Source: Hydrurus foetidus (lineage: Eukaryota). From it: DNA of 55,975 bases. Location of the stretch: NCBI GenBank assembly GCA_900617105.1, contig UYFQ01000236.1, positions 1 through 55,975 on the forward strand, in the 5' to 3' direction. Below, piece after piece: positions 23,201 to 38,200 of the stretch. The first letter of the stretch is position 1, and every line of letters starts with the position of its first letter. Both the position numbers and the translations under genes were made by a program. The notes beneath the pieces were generated by a model. That model was not told where the DNA came from and searched no databases. It was given only the letters and a program-made list of their open reading frames with translations.

Positions 23201-26200
23201 ATGACGGGTACTATGACGATGGGAGCTGAGTCGACAGTGATTCTGAAGAACGGAGCATTGTCTGCGAATGTGTATTGGATAGTGGGAGGAACTGCGAATA
23301 TGGGATATGCGAGCTCCTTGATGGGCACCATTATTGCCCAATCATCGATATCAGTTGGACCGTACGCGACTGTGGACGGTCGTGCTTTGTCTGTGTCTGA
23401 CGTTTCATTTGGCGGTGGATCTTTGATGAAGGTACCTGACGGCATATCGACATCTGTGCAGCCTAATCTACGACTGTATCTTGGCAGCGCTGCAAAGTTC
23501 ATGATACTTGCAGGCACGACAGTAACATTCGGATCACCGCTGGTGGTGTTAACAAGCGGGTCTGTCGGTACATCATCAGGAGGCGCCATCACCGGCGACT
23601 ACTTACTGCAAGCAGGCATACCCGAAATAGGCACGACTGCAGCGAAGAATGGCATGAAGGACTACTTGATAGTGAACGGCGCAGCGTCAGGCGCTCTTTG
23701 TACGTCATCTCTGAGTACGGGCAGTCTGTCAGGCGTCACACTGACACCTGGTGTGTACTGCTCCGGATCCGCTGCACTGACGATAGGCGCATGGAGGTCG
23801 CTGACGCTTGACGCACAGGGTGTGTCGACATCACTGTGGGTACTGAAGAGCACTGGCAGCTTGGTGACAGGCGATCACTCGTCTGTGGTACTTGTCAACG
23901 GTGCGTTATCATCGAATGTGTTCTGGTCAGTGGGCACGACAGCAACACTGGGAGCGTCAAGTTTCTTTGTGGGTCAGATTCTTGCTATGACGGATATCGT
24001 GGTTGGATCACGGTCTGTGCTGAATGGTCGCGGGTTCACGACGACATCAGTGGCGTTCGAGGGCGGCTCTCTTGTGAGTTTGGAAGCGAAGTACGGCAGC
24101 AGTGATATGACGATGGGCAGCAATTGCAAGAAGTTTGCGGTGCTTGCTGGCACATCACTATTATTTGGATCACGTCAGACCGTCATATCAAGCGGATCAG
24201 TTGGCGTTTTGTCAGGTTCAATCATCACTGGCAACTACTCTCTGCAGAACGGCACAACCATAACATCATCGCCATCTTTAATATCTGCTGCCAGCGATAT
24301 GGCACTCATGTACAACTCTGGATCTACTTTGGTATGTCAGAACTACTTGACGAATGGGGATCTATCAGGTGTGAGTCTTGCACCAGGCGTGTACTGCTCA
24401 TCGAGCGGGAAGTTCAGTATCGGTCAGATGCGATCAGTGGTACTGGACGCGCGTAATGTGTCAGGAGCGACATGGGTGTTCCAGATGACGGGTACTATGA
24501 CGATGGGAGCTGAGTCGACAGTGATTCTGAAGAACGGAGCATTGTCTGCGAATGTGTATTGGATAGTGGGGGGAACTGCGAATATGGGATATGCGAGCTC
24601 AGTGATGGGCACCATTATTGCCCAATCATCGATATCAGTTGGACCGTATGCGACTGTGGACGGTCGTGCTTTGTCTGTGTCTGACGTTTCATTTGGCGGT
24701 GGATCTTTGATGAAGGTACCTGACGGCATATCGACATCTGTGCAGCCTAGTCTACGACTGTATCTTGGCAGCGCTGCAAAGTTCATGGTACTTGCGGGCA
24801 CGACAGTAACATTCGGATCACCGCTGGTGGTGTTAGCAAGCGGGTCTGTCGGTACATCATCAGGAGGCGCCATCACCGGCGACTACTTACTGCAAGCAGG
24901 CATACTCGAAATAGGCACGACTGCAGCGAAGAATGGCATGAATGACTACTTGATAGTGAACGGCGCAGCGTCAGGCGCTCTTTGTACGTCATCTCTGAGT
25001 ACGGGCAGTCTGTCAGGCGTCACACTGACACCTGGTGTGTACTGCTCCGGATCCTCTGCATTAACATTAGGCGCATGGAGGTCGCTGACGCTTGACGCGC
25101 AGGGTGTGTCGACATCACTGTGGGTACTGAAGAGCACTGGCAGCTTGGTGACAGGCGATCACTCGTCTGTGATACTTGTCAACGGTGCGTTATCATCGAA
25201 TGTGTTCTGGTCAGTGGGCACGACAGCAACACTGGGAGCGTCAAGTTTCTTTGTGGGTCAGATTCTTGCTATGACGGATATCGTGGTTGGATCACGGTCT
25301 GTGCTAAATGGTCGCGGGTTCACGACGACATCAGTGACGTTCGAGGGCGGCTCTCTTGTGAGTCTGGAAGCGAAGTACGGCAGCAGTGATATGACGATGG
25401 GCAGCAACAGCAAGAAGTTTGCGGTGCTTGCTGGCACATCACTATCATTTGGATCACGTCAGACCGTCATATCAAGCGGATCAGTTGGTGTGTTGTCAGG
25501 CTCAATCATCACTGGCAACTACACTCTGCAGAACGGCACAACCATAACATCATCGCCATCTTTAATATCTGCTACCAGCGATATGGCACTCATGTACAAC
25601 TCTGGATCTACTTTGGTATGTCAGAACTACTTGACGAATGGGGATCTATCAGGTGTCAGTCTTGCACGAGGCGTGTACTGCTCATCGAGCGGGAAGTTCA
25701 GTATCGGTCAGATGCGATCAGTGGTACTGGACGCGCGTAATGTGTCAGGAGCGACATGGGTGTTCCAGATGACGGGCAATATGACGATGGGAGCTGAGTC
25801 GACAGTGATTCTGAAGAACGGAGCATTGGCTGCGAATGTGTATTGGATAGTGGGGGGAGCTGCGAATATGGGGTATGCATGCTCAGTGATGGGCACCATT
25901 ATTGCCCAATCATCGATATCAGTTGGACCGTATGCGACTGTGGACGGTCGTGCTTTGTCTGTGTCTGACGTTTCATTTGGCGGTGGATCTTTGATGAAGG
26001 TACCTGACGGCATATCGACATCTGTGCAGCCTAGTCTACGACTGTATCTTGGCAGCGCTGCAAAGTTCATGGTACTTGCGGGCACGACAGTAACATTCGG
26101 ATCACCGCTGGTGGTGTTAGCAAGCGGGTCTGTCGGTACATCATCAGGAGGCGCCATCACCGGCGACTACTTACTGCAAGCAGGCATACTCGAAAAAGGC

Positions 26201-29200
26201 ACGACTGCAGCGAAGAATGGCATGAGTGACTACTTGATAGTGAACGGCGCAGCGTCAGGCGCTCTTTGTACGTCATCTCTGAGTACGGGCAGTCTGTCAG
26301 GCGTCACACTGACACCTGGTGTGTACTGCTCCGGATCTTTTCCTTACACATTAAGTGCATGGAGGTCGCTGACGCTTGACGCGCAGGGTGTGTCGACATC
26401 ACTGTGGGTACTGAAGAGCACTGGCAGCTTGGTGACAGGCGATCACTCGTCTGTGATACTTGTCAACGGTGCGTTATCATCGAATGTGTTCTGGTCAGTG
26501 GGCACGACAGCAACACTGGGAGCGTCAAGTTTCTTCGTGGGTCAGATTCTTGCTATGACGGATATCGTGGTTGGATCACGGTCTGTGCTAAATGGTCGCG
26601 GGTTCACGACGACATCAGTGAAGTTCGAGGGCGGCTCTCTTGTGAGTCTGGAAGCGAAGTACGGCAGCAGTGATATGACGATGGGCAGCAATAGCAAGAA
26701 GTTTGCGGTGCTTGCTGGCACATCACTATCATTTGGATCACGTCAGACCGTCATATCAAGCGGATCAGTTGGTGTGTTGTCAGGTTCAAGCATTCCTGGC
26801 AACTACACTCTGCAGAACGGCACAACCATAACATCATCGCCATCTTTAATATCTGCTGCCAGCGATATGGCACTCATGTACAACTCTGGATCTACTTTGG
26901 TATGTCAGAACTACTTGACGAATGGGGATCTATCAGGTGTGAGTCTTGCACCAGGCGTGTACTGCTCATCGAGCGGGAAGTTCAGTATCGGTCAGATGCG
27001 ATCAGTGGTACTGGACGCGCGTAATGTGTCAGGAGCGACATGGGTGTTCCAGATGACGGGTAATATGACGATGGGAGCTGAGTCGACAGTGATTCTGAAG
27101 AACGGAGCATTGGCTGCGAATGTGTATTGGATAGTGGGGGGAACTGCGAATATGGGATATGCATGCTCAGTGATGGGCACCATTATTGCCCAATCATCGA
27201 TATCAGTTGGACCGTATGCGACTGTGGACGGTCGTGCTTTGTCTGTGTCTGACGTTTCATTTGGCGGTGGATCTTTGATGAAGGTACCTGACGGCATATC
27301 GACATCTGTGCAGCCTAGTCTACGACTGTATCTTGGCAGCGCTGCAAAGTTCATGGTACTTGCGGGCACGACAGTAACATTCGGATCACCGCTGGTGGTG
27401 TTAGCAAGCGGGTCTGTCGGTACATCATCAGGAGGCGCCATCACCGGCGACTACTTACTGCAAGCAGGCATACTCGAAAAAGGCACGACTGCAGCGAAGA
27501 ATGGCATGAATGACTACTTGATAGTGAACGGCGCAGCGTCAGGCGCTCTTTGTACGTCATCTCTGAGTACGGGCAGTCTGTCAGGCGTCACACTGACACC
27601 TGGTGTGTACTGCTCCGGATCCGCTGCACTGACGTTGGGCGCATGGAGGTCGCTGACGCTTGACGCGCAGGGTGTGTCGACATCACTGTGGGTACTGAAG
27701 AGCACTGGCAGCTTGGTGACAGGCGATCACTCGTCTGTGATACTTGTCAACGGTGCGTTATCATCGAATGTGTTCTGGTCAGTGGGCACGACAGCAACAC
27801 TGGGAGCGTCAAGTTTCTTTGTGGGTCAGATTCTTGCTATGACGGATATCGTGGTTGGATCACGGTCTGTGCTAAATGGTCGCGGGTTCACGACGACATC
27901 AGTGAAGTTCGAGGGCGGCTCTCTTGTGAGTCTGGAAGCGAAGTACGGCAGCAGTGATATGACGATGGGCAGCAACAGCAAGAAGTTTGCGGTGCTTGCT
28001 GGCACATCACTATCATTTGGATCACGTCCGACCGTCATATCAAGCGGATCAGTTGGTGTGTTGTCAGGCTCAATCATCACTGGCAACTACACTCTGCAGA
28101 ACGGCACAACCATAACATCATCGCCATCTTTAATATCTGCTACCAGCGATATGGCACTCATGTACAACTCTGGATCTACTTTGGTATGTCAGAACTACTT
28201 GACGAATGGGGATCTATCAGGTGTGAGTCTTGCACCAGGCGTGTACTGCTCATCGAGCGGGAAGTTCAGTATCGGTCAGATGCGATCAGTGGTACTGGAC
28301 GCGCGTAATGTGTCAGGAGCGACATGGGTGTTCCAGATGACGGGTAATATGACGATGGGAGCTGAGTCGACAGTGATTCTGAAGAACGGAGCATTGGCTG
28401 CGAATGTGTATTGGATAGTGGGGGGAACTGCGAATATGGGATATGCATGCTCAGTGATGGGCACCATTATTGCCCAATCATCGATATCAGTTGGACCGTA
28501 TGCGACTGTGGACGGTCGTGCTTTGTCTGTGTCTGATGTTTCATTTGGCGGTGGATCTTTGATGAAGGTACCTGACGGCAGATCGACATCTGTGCAGCCT
28601 AGTCTACGACTGTATCTTGGCAGCGCTGCAAAGTTCATGGTGCTTGCGGGCACGACAGTAACATTCGGATCACCGCTGGTGGTGTTAGCAAGCGGGTCTG
28701 TCGGTACATCATCAGGAGGCGCCATCACCGGCGACTACTTACTGCAAGCAGGCATACTCGAAATAGGCACTATCGTTGCCACGAAGGGTATAAATGACTT
28801 CTTGATAGTGAACGGCGCAGCGTCAGGCGCTCTTTGTACGTCATCTCTGAGTACGGGCAGTCTGTCAGGCGTCACACTGACACCTGGTGTGTACTGCTCC
28901 GGATCCGCTGCACTGACGTTGGGCGCATGGAGGTCGCTGACGCTCGACGCGCAGGGTGCGTCGACATCACTGTGGGTACTGAAGAGCACTGGCAGCTTGG
29001 TGACAGGCGATCACTCGTCTGTGATACTTGTCAACGGTGCGTTATCATCGAATGTGTTCTGGTCAGTGGGCACGACAGCAACACTGGGAGCGTCAAGTTT
29101 CTTTGTGGGTCAGATTCTTGCTATGACGGATATCGTGGTTGGATCACGGTCTGTGCTGAATGGTCGCGGGTTCACGACGACATCAGTGGCGTTCGAGGGC

Positions 29201-32200
29201 GGCTCTCTTGTGAGTCTGGAAGCGAAGTACGGCAGCAGTGATATGACGATGGGCAGCAATTGCAAGAAGTTTGCGGTGCTTGCTGGCACATCACTATTAT
29301 TTGGATCACGTCAGACCGTCATATCAAGCGGATCAGTGGGTGTGTCACCAGGCACAATCATCACTGGCAACTACACTCTGCAGAACGGCACAACCGAGTT
29401 ACCATCATCTGCATCAGCTAAGCTAGCAGCCAGCGATATGGCACTCATGTACAACTCTGGATCTACTTTGGTATGTCAGAACTACTTGACGAATGGGGAT
29501 CTATCAGGTGTGAGTCTTGCACCAGGCGTGTACTGCTCATCGAGCGGGAAGTTCAGTATCGGTCAGATGCGATCAGTGGTACTGGACGCGCGTAATGTGT
29601 CAGGAGCGACATGGGTGTTCCAGATGACGGGTAATATGACGATGGGAGCTGAGTCGACAGTGATTCTGAAGAACGGAGCATTGTCTGCGAATGTGTATTG
29701 GATAGTGGGAGGAACTGCGAATATGGGATATGCGAGCTCAGTGATGGGCACCATTATTGCCCAATCATCGATATCAGTTGGACCGTATGCGACTGTGGAC
29801 GGTCGTGCTTTGTCTGTGTCTGACGTTTCATTTGGCGGTGGATCTTTGATGAAGGTACCTGACGGCATATCGACATCTGTGCAGCCTAGTCTACGACTGT
29901 ATCTTGGCAGCGCTGCAAAGTTCATGATACTTGCAGGCACGACAGTAACATTCGGATCACCGCTGGTGGTGTTAGCAAGCGGGTCTGTCGGCACATCATC
30001 AGGAGGCGCCATCACCGGCGACTACTTACTGCAAGCAGGCATACCCGAAATAGGCACGACTGCAGCGAAGAATGGCATGAATGACTACTTGATAGTGAAC
30101 GGCGCAGCGTCAGGCGCTCTTTGTACGTCATCTCTGAGTACGGGCAGTCTGTCAGGCGTCACACTGACACCTGGTGTGTACTGCTCCGGATCCGCTGCAC
30201 TGACGTTAGGCGCATGGAGGTCGCTGACGCTTGACGCACAGGGTGTGTCGACATCACTGTGGGTACTGAAGAGCACTGGCAGCTTGGTGACAGGCGATCA
30301 CTCGTCTGTGATACTTGTCAACGGTGCGTTATCATCGAATGTGTTCTGGTCAGTGGGCACGACAGCAACACTGGGAGCGTCAAGTTTCTTTGTGGGTCAG
30401 ATTCTTGCTATGACGGATATCGTGGTTGGATCACGGTCTGTGCTAAATGGTCGCGGGTTCACGAAGACATCAGTGAAGTTCAAGGGCGGCTCTCTTGTGA
30501 GCCTGAGTGCGAAGTACGGCAGCAGTGATATGACGATGGGCAGCAACAGCAAGAAGTTTGCGGTGCTTGCTGGCACATCACTATCATTTGGATCACGTCA
30601 GACCGTCATATCAAGCGGATCAGTTGGTGTGTTGTCAGGTTCAATCATCACTGGCAACTACACGCTGCAGAACGGAACAAGAGAGTTGCCATTATCCGCA
30701 TCGGTTAAGCTAGCTGCCAGCGATATGGCGCTCATGTACAACTCTGGATCTACTTTGGTATGTCAGAACTACTTGACGAATGGGGATCTATCAGGTGTCA
30801 GTCTTGCACGAGGCGTGTACTGCTCATCGAGCGGGAACTTCAGTATCGGTCAGATGCGATCAGTGGTACTGGACGCGCGTAATGTGTCAGGAGCGACATG
30901 GGTGTTCCAGATGACGGGTAATATGACGATGGGAGCTGAGTCGACAGTGATTCTGAAGAACGGAGCATTGGCTGCGAATGTGTATTGGATAGTGGGGGGA
31001 ACTGCGAATATGGGATATGCATGCTCAGTGATGGGCACCATTATTGCCCAATCATCGATATCAGTTGGACCGTATGCGACTGTGGACGGTCGTGCTTTGT
31101 CTGTGTCTGACGTTTCATTTGGCGGTGGATCTTTGATGAAGGTACCTGACGGCATATCGACATCTGTGCAGCCTAGTCTACGACTGTATCTTGGCAGCGC
31201 TGCAAAGTTCATGATACTTGCGGGCACGACAGTAACATTCGGATCACCGCTGGTGGTGTTAGCAAGCGGGTCTGTCGGTACATCATCAGGAGGCGCCATC
31301 ACCGGCGACTACTTACTGCAAGCAGGGACTGCTCAGGAAGGCACGTCTGATGCGATACAGGCTATGAATGACTACTTGATAGTGAACGGCGCAGCGTCAG
31401 GCGCTCTTTGTACGTCATCTCTGAGTACGGGCAGTCTGTCAGGCGTCACACTGACACCTGGTGTGTACTGCTCCGGATCCGCTGCACTGACGCTGGGCGC
31501 ATGGAGGTCGCTGACGCTTGACGCGCAGGGTGTGTCGACATCACTGTGGGTACTGAAGAGCACTGGCAGCTTGGTGACAGGCGATCACTCGTCTGTGATA
31601 CTTGTCAACGGTGCGTTATCATCGAATGTGTTCTGGTCAGTGGGCACGACAGCAACACTGGGAGCGTCAAGTTTCTTTGTGGGTCAGATTCTTGCTATGA
31701 CGGATATCGTGGTTGGATCACGGTCTGTGCTAAATGGTCGCGGGTTCACGACGACATCAGTGAAGTTCGAGGGCGGCTCTCTTGTGAGTCTGGAAGCGAA
31801 GTACGGCAGCAGCGATATGACGATGGGCAGCAATAGCAAGAACTTTGCGGTGCTTGCTGGCACATCACTATCATTTGGATCACGTCAGACCGTCATATCA
31901 AGCGGATCAGTGGGTGTGTCACCAGGCTCAATCATCACTGGCAACTACACTCTACAGAACGGTACAACGAGGTACCACCATCGCCATCAGCTAAGCTAGC
32001 TGCCAGCGATATGGCACTCATGTACAACTCTGGATCTACTTTGGTATGTCAGAACTACTTGACGAATGGGGATCTATCAGGTGTGAGTCTTGCACCAGGC
32101 GTGTACTGCTCATCGAGCGGGAAGTTCAGTATCGGTCAGATGCGATCAGTGGTACTGGACGCGCGTAATGTGTCAGGAGCGACATGGGTGTTCCAGATGA

Positions 32201-35200
32201 CGGGTAATATGACGATGGGAGCTGAGTCGACAGTGATTCTGAAGAACGGAGCATTGGCTGCGAATGTGTATTGGATAGTGGGGGGAACTGCGAATATGGG
32301 ATATGCATGCTCAGTGATGGGCACCATTATTGCCCAATCATCGATATCAGTTGGACCGTATGCGACTGTGGACGGTCGTGCTTTGTCTGTGTCTGACGTT
32401 TCATTTGGCGGTGGATCTTTGATGAAGGTACCTGACGGCATATCGACATCTGTGCAGCCTAGTCTACGACTGTATCTTGGCAGCGCTGCAAAGTTCATGT
32501 ACTTGCGGGCACGACAGTAACATTCGGATCACCGCTGGTGGTGTTAGCAAGCGGGTCTGTCGGCACATCATCAGGAGGCGCCATCACCGGCGACTACTTA
32601 CTGCAAGCAGGCATACTCGAAAGGCACGACTGCAGCGAAGAATGGCATGAAGGACTACTTGATAGTGAACGGCGCAGCGTCAGGCGCTCTTTGTACGTCA
32701 TCTCTGAGTACGGGCAGTCTGTCAGGCGTCACACTGACACCTGGTGTGTACTGCTCCGGATCCGCTGCACTGACGATAGGCGCATGGAGGTCGCTGACGC
32801 TTGACGCGCAGGGTGTGTCGACATCACTGTGGGTACTGAAGAGCACTGGCAGCTTGGTGACAGGCGATCACTCGTCTGTGATACTTGTCAACGGTGCGTT
32901 ATCATCGAATGTGTTCTGGTCAGTGGGCACGACAGCAACACTGGGAGCGTCAAGTTTCTTTGTGGGTCAGATTCTTGCTATGACGGATATCGTGGTTGGA
33001 TCACGGTCTGTGCTGAATGGTCGCGGGTTCACGACGACATCAGTGACGTTCGAGGGCGGCTCTCTTGTGAGTCTGGAAGCGAAGTACGGCAGCAGTGATA
33101 TGACGATGGGCAGCAATAGCAAGAAGTTTGCGGTGCTTGCTGGCACATCACTATCATTTGGATCACGTCAGACCGTCATATCAAGCGGATCAGTTGGTGT
33201 GTCACCAGGCACAATCATCACTGGCAACTACACTCTGCAGAACGGTACAAGAGAGTTGCCACCATCTGAGTTAGCTAAGCTAGCTGCCAGCGATATGGCA
33301 CTCATGTACAACTCTGGATCTACTTTGGTATGTCAGAACTACTTGACGAATGGGGATCTATCAGGTGTCAGTCTTGCACCAGGCGTGTACTGCTCATCGA
33401 GCGGGAAGTTCAGTATCGGTCAGATGCGATCAGTGGTACTGGACGCGCGTAATGCGTCAGGAGCGACATGGGTGTTCCAGATGACGGGTAATATGACGAT
33501 GGGAGCTGAGTCGACAGTGATTCTGAAGAACGGAGCATTGGCTGCGAATGTGTATTGGATAGTGGGGGGAGCTGCGAATATGGGATATGCAAGCTCAGTG
33601 ATGGGCACCATTATTGCCCAATCATCGATATCAGTTGGACCGTATGCGACTGTGGACGGTCGTGCTTTGTCTGTGTCTGACGTTTCATTTGGCGGTGGAT
33701 CTTTGATGAAGGTACCTGACGGCATATCGACATCTGTGCAGCCTAGTCTACGACTGTATCTTGGCAGCGCTGCAAAGTTCATGTACTTGCGGGCACGACA
33801 GTAACATTCGGATCACCGCTGGTGGTGTTAGCAAGCGGGTCTGTCGGCACATCATCAGGAGGCGCCATCACCGGCGACTACTTACTGCAAGCAGGCATAC
33901 CCGAAATAGGCACGACTGCAGCGAAGAATGGCATGAATGACTACTTGATAGTGAACGGCGCAGCGTCAGGCGCTCTTTGTACGTCATCTCTGAGTACGGG
34001 CAGTCTGTCAGGCGTCACACTGACACCTGGTGTGTACTGCTCCGGATCCGCTGCACTGACGTTAGGCGCATGGAGGTCGCTGACGCTTGACGCGCAGGGT
34101 GTGTCGACATCACTGTGGGTACTGAAGAGCACTGGCAGCTTGGTGACAGGCGATCACTCGTCTGTGATACTTGTCAACGGTGCGTTATCATCGAATGTGT
34201 TCTGGTCAGTGGGCACGACAGCAACACTGGGAGCGTCAAGTTTCTTTGTGGGTCAGATTCTTGCTATGACGGATATCGTGGTTGGATCACGGTCTGTGCT
34301 GAATGGTCGCGGGTTCACGACGACATCAGTGACGTTCGAGGGCGGCTCTCTTGTGAGTCTGGAAGCGAAGTACGGCAGCAGTGATATGACGATGGGCAGC
34401 AATAGCAAGAACTTTGCGGTGCTTGCTGGCACATCACTATCATTTGGATCACGTCCGACCGTCATATCAAGCGGATCAGTTGGTGTGTCACCAGGCACAA
34501 TCATCACTGGCAACTACACATTGCAGAATGGTACAACCGAGTTACATCCTCTATAGCAATTGGCTGCTGCCAGCGATATGGCACTCATGTACAACTCTGG
34601 ATCTACTTTGGTATGTCAGAACTACTTGACGAATGGGGATCTATCAGGTGTGAGTCTTGCACCAGGCGTGTACTGCTCATCGAGCGGGAAGTTCAGTATA
34701 GGTCAGATGCGATCAGTGGTACTCGATGCACACAACACGTCAGGAGTGACATGGGTGTTCCAGATGACGGGTAATATGTCAACGGAAGCTGAGTCGACAG
34801 TGATTCTGAAGAACGGAGCATTGGCTGCGAATGTGTATTGGATAGTGGGGGGAACTGCGAATATGGGATATGCAAGCTCAGTGATGGGCACCATTATTGC
34901 CCAATCATCGATATCAGTTGGGCCGTATGCGACTGTGGACGGTCGTGCTTGGTCAATATCTGACGTTTCGTTTGGCGGTGGATCTTTGATGAAGGTACCT
35001 GACGGCATATCGACATCTGTGGAGCCTAGCCTTCCGCTATATCTGGGCGCCTCTGTGAACTTCGTAGTACTTGCGGGCACGACAGTAACATTCGGATCGT
35101 CGCTGACGGTGCTAGCAAGCGGGTCTGTCGGCACATCATCAGGAGGCGCCATCACCGGCGACTACTTACTGCAAGCAGGCATACCCGAAATAGGCACGAC

Positions 35201-38200
35201 TGCAGCGAAGAATGGCATGAAGGACTACTTGATATTGAACGGCGCAGCATCAGGCGCTCTTTGTACGTCTAACTCTTAGCACGAGCAGTCTGTCAGGCGT
35301 CACACTGACACCTGGTGTGTACTGCTCCGGATCCGCTGCACTGACGTTAGGCGCATGGAAGTCGCTGACGCTTGACGCGCAGGGTGTGTCGACATCACTG
35401 TGGGTACTGAAGAGCACTGGCAGCTTGGTGACAGGCGATCACTCGTCTGTGATACTTGTCAACGGTGCGTTATCATCGAATGTGTTCTGGTCAGTGGGCA
35501 CGACAGCAACACTGGGAGCGTCAAGTTTCTTTGTGGGTCAGATTCTTGCTATGACGGATATCGTGGTTGGATCACGGTCTGTGCTGAATGGTCGCGGGTT
35601 CACGACGACATCAGTAACGTTCGAGGGCGGCTCTCTTGTGAGTTTGGAAGCGAAGTACGGCAGCAGTGATATGACGATGGGCAGCAATAGCAAGAAGTTT
35701 GCGGTGCTTGCTGGCACATCACTATTATTTGGATCACGTCAGACCGTCATATCAAGCGGATCAGTTGGTGTGTCACCAGGCAATCATCACTGGCAACTAC
35801 ACTCTGCAGAACGGTACAACCATAACATCATCGCCATCTAGCGATATCTGCTGCCAGCGATATGGCACTCATGTACAACTCTGGATCTACTTTGGTATGT
35901 CAGAACTACTTGACGAATGGGGATCTATCAGGTGTGAGTCTTGCACCAGGCGTGTACTGCTCATCGAGCGGGAAGTTCAGTATCGGTCAGATGCGATCAG
36001 TGGTACTGGACGCGCGTAATGTGTCAGGAGCGACATGGGTGTTCCAGATGACGGGTAATATGACGATGGGAGCTGAGTCGACAGTGATTCTGAAGAACGG
36101 AGCATTGGCTGCGAATGTGTATTGGATAGTGGGGGGAACTGCGAATATGGGATATGCATGCTCAGTGATGGGCACCATTATTGCCCAATCATCGATATCA
36201 GTTGGACCGTATGCGACTGTGGACGGTCGTGCTTTGTCTGTGTCTGACGTTTCATTTGGCGGTGGATCTTTGATGAAGGTACCTGACGGCATATCGACAT
36301 CTGTGCAGCCTAGTCTACGACTGTATCTTGGCAGCGCTGCAAAGTTCATGGTACTTGCGGGCACGACAGTAACATTCGGATCACCGCTGGTGGTGTTAGC
36401 AAGCGGGTCTGTCGGTACATCATCAGGAGGCGCCATCACCGGCGACTACTTACTGCAAGCAGGCATCCTCGAAAAAGGCACGACTGCAGCGAAGAATGGC
36501 ATGAAGGACTACTTGATAGTGAACGGCGCAGCGTCAGGCGCTCTTTGTACGTCATCTCTGAGTACGGGCAGTCTGTCAGGCGTCACACTGACACCTGGTG
36601 TGTACTGCTCCGGATCCGCTGCACTGACGTTAGGCGCATGGAGGTCGCTGACGCTTGACGCGCAGGGTGTGTCGACATCACTGTGGGTACTGAAGAGCAC
36701 TGGCAGCTTGGTGACAGGCGATCACTCGTCTGTGATACTTGTCAACGGTGCGTTATCATCGAATGTGTTCTGGTCAGTGGGCACGACAGCAACACTGGGA
36801 GCGTCAAGTTTCTTTGTGGGTCAGATTCTTGCTATGACGGATATCGTGGTTGGATCACGGTCTGTGCTGAATGGTCGCGGGTTCACGACGACATCAGTGA
36901 ACGTTCGAGGGCGGCTCTCTTGTGAGTCTGGAAGCGAAGTACGGCAGCAGTGATATGACGATGGGCAGCAATAGCAAGAAGTTTGCGGTGCTTGCTGGCA
37001 CATCACTATCATTTGGATCACGTCAGACCGTCATATCAAGCGGATCAGTTGGTGTGTCACCAGGCAAATCATCACTGGCAACTACACTCTGCAGAACGGT
37101 ACAACCATGAGTTGGCATCCGATCTAGCGATATCTGCTGCCAGCGATATGGCACTCATGTACAACTCTGGATCTACTTTGGTATGTCAGTATTATATGAC
37201 GAATGGGGATCTATCAGGTGTCAGTCTTGCACCAGGCGTGTACTGCTCATCGAGCGGCAAGTTCACTGTCGGTCAGATGCGATCAGTGGTACTGGACGCG
37301 CGTAATGTGTCAGGAGCGACATGGGTGTTCCAGATGACGGGTAATATGACGATGGGAGCTGAGTCGACAGTGATTCTGAAGAACGGAGCATTGGCTGCGA
37401 ATGTGTATTGGATAGTGGGGGGAACTGCGAATATCGGATATGCGAGCTCAGTGATGGGCACCATTATTGCCCAATCATCGATATCAGTTGGACCGTATGC
37501 GACTGTGGACGGTCGTGCTTGGTCAATATCTGACGTTTCATTTGGCGGTGGATCTTTGATGAAGGTACCTGACGGCATATCGACATCTGTGGAGCCTAGT
37601 CTTCCGCTATATCTGGGCGCCTCTGTGAACTTCGTAGTACTTGCGGGCACGACAGTAACATTCGGATCGTCGCTGACGGTGCTAGCAAGCGGGTCTGTCG
37701 GCACATCATCAGGAGGCGCCATCACCGGTAACTACCTGCTTGAGGACGGTACTCCTCAGGAAGGCACGCCTGATGCGATACAGGCCATGAAGGACTACTT
37801 GATAGTGAACGGCGCAGCGTCAGGCGCTCTTTGTACGTCATCTCTGAGTACGGGCAGTCTGTCAGGCGTCACACTGACACCTGGTGTGTACTGCTCCGGA
37901 TCCGCTGCACTGACGTTAGGCGCATGGGCGTCGCTGACGCTTGACGCGCAGGGTGTGTCGACATCACTGTGGGTACTGAAGAGCACTGGCAGCTTGGTGA
38001 CAGGCGATCACTCGTCTGTGATACTTGTCAACGGTGCGTTATCATCGAATGTGTATTGGTCAGTGGGCACGACAGCAACACTGGGAGCGTCAAGTTTCTT
38101 TGTGGGTCAGATTCTTGCTATGACGGATATCGTGGTTGGATCACGGTCTGTGCTGAATGGTCGCGGGTTCACGACGACATCAGTAACGTTCGAGGGCGGC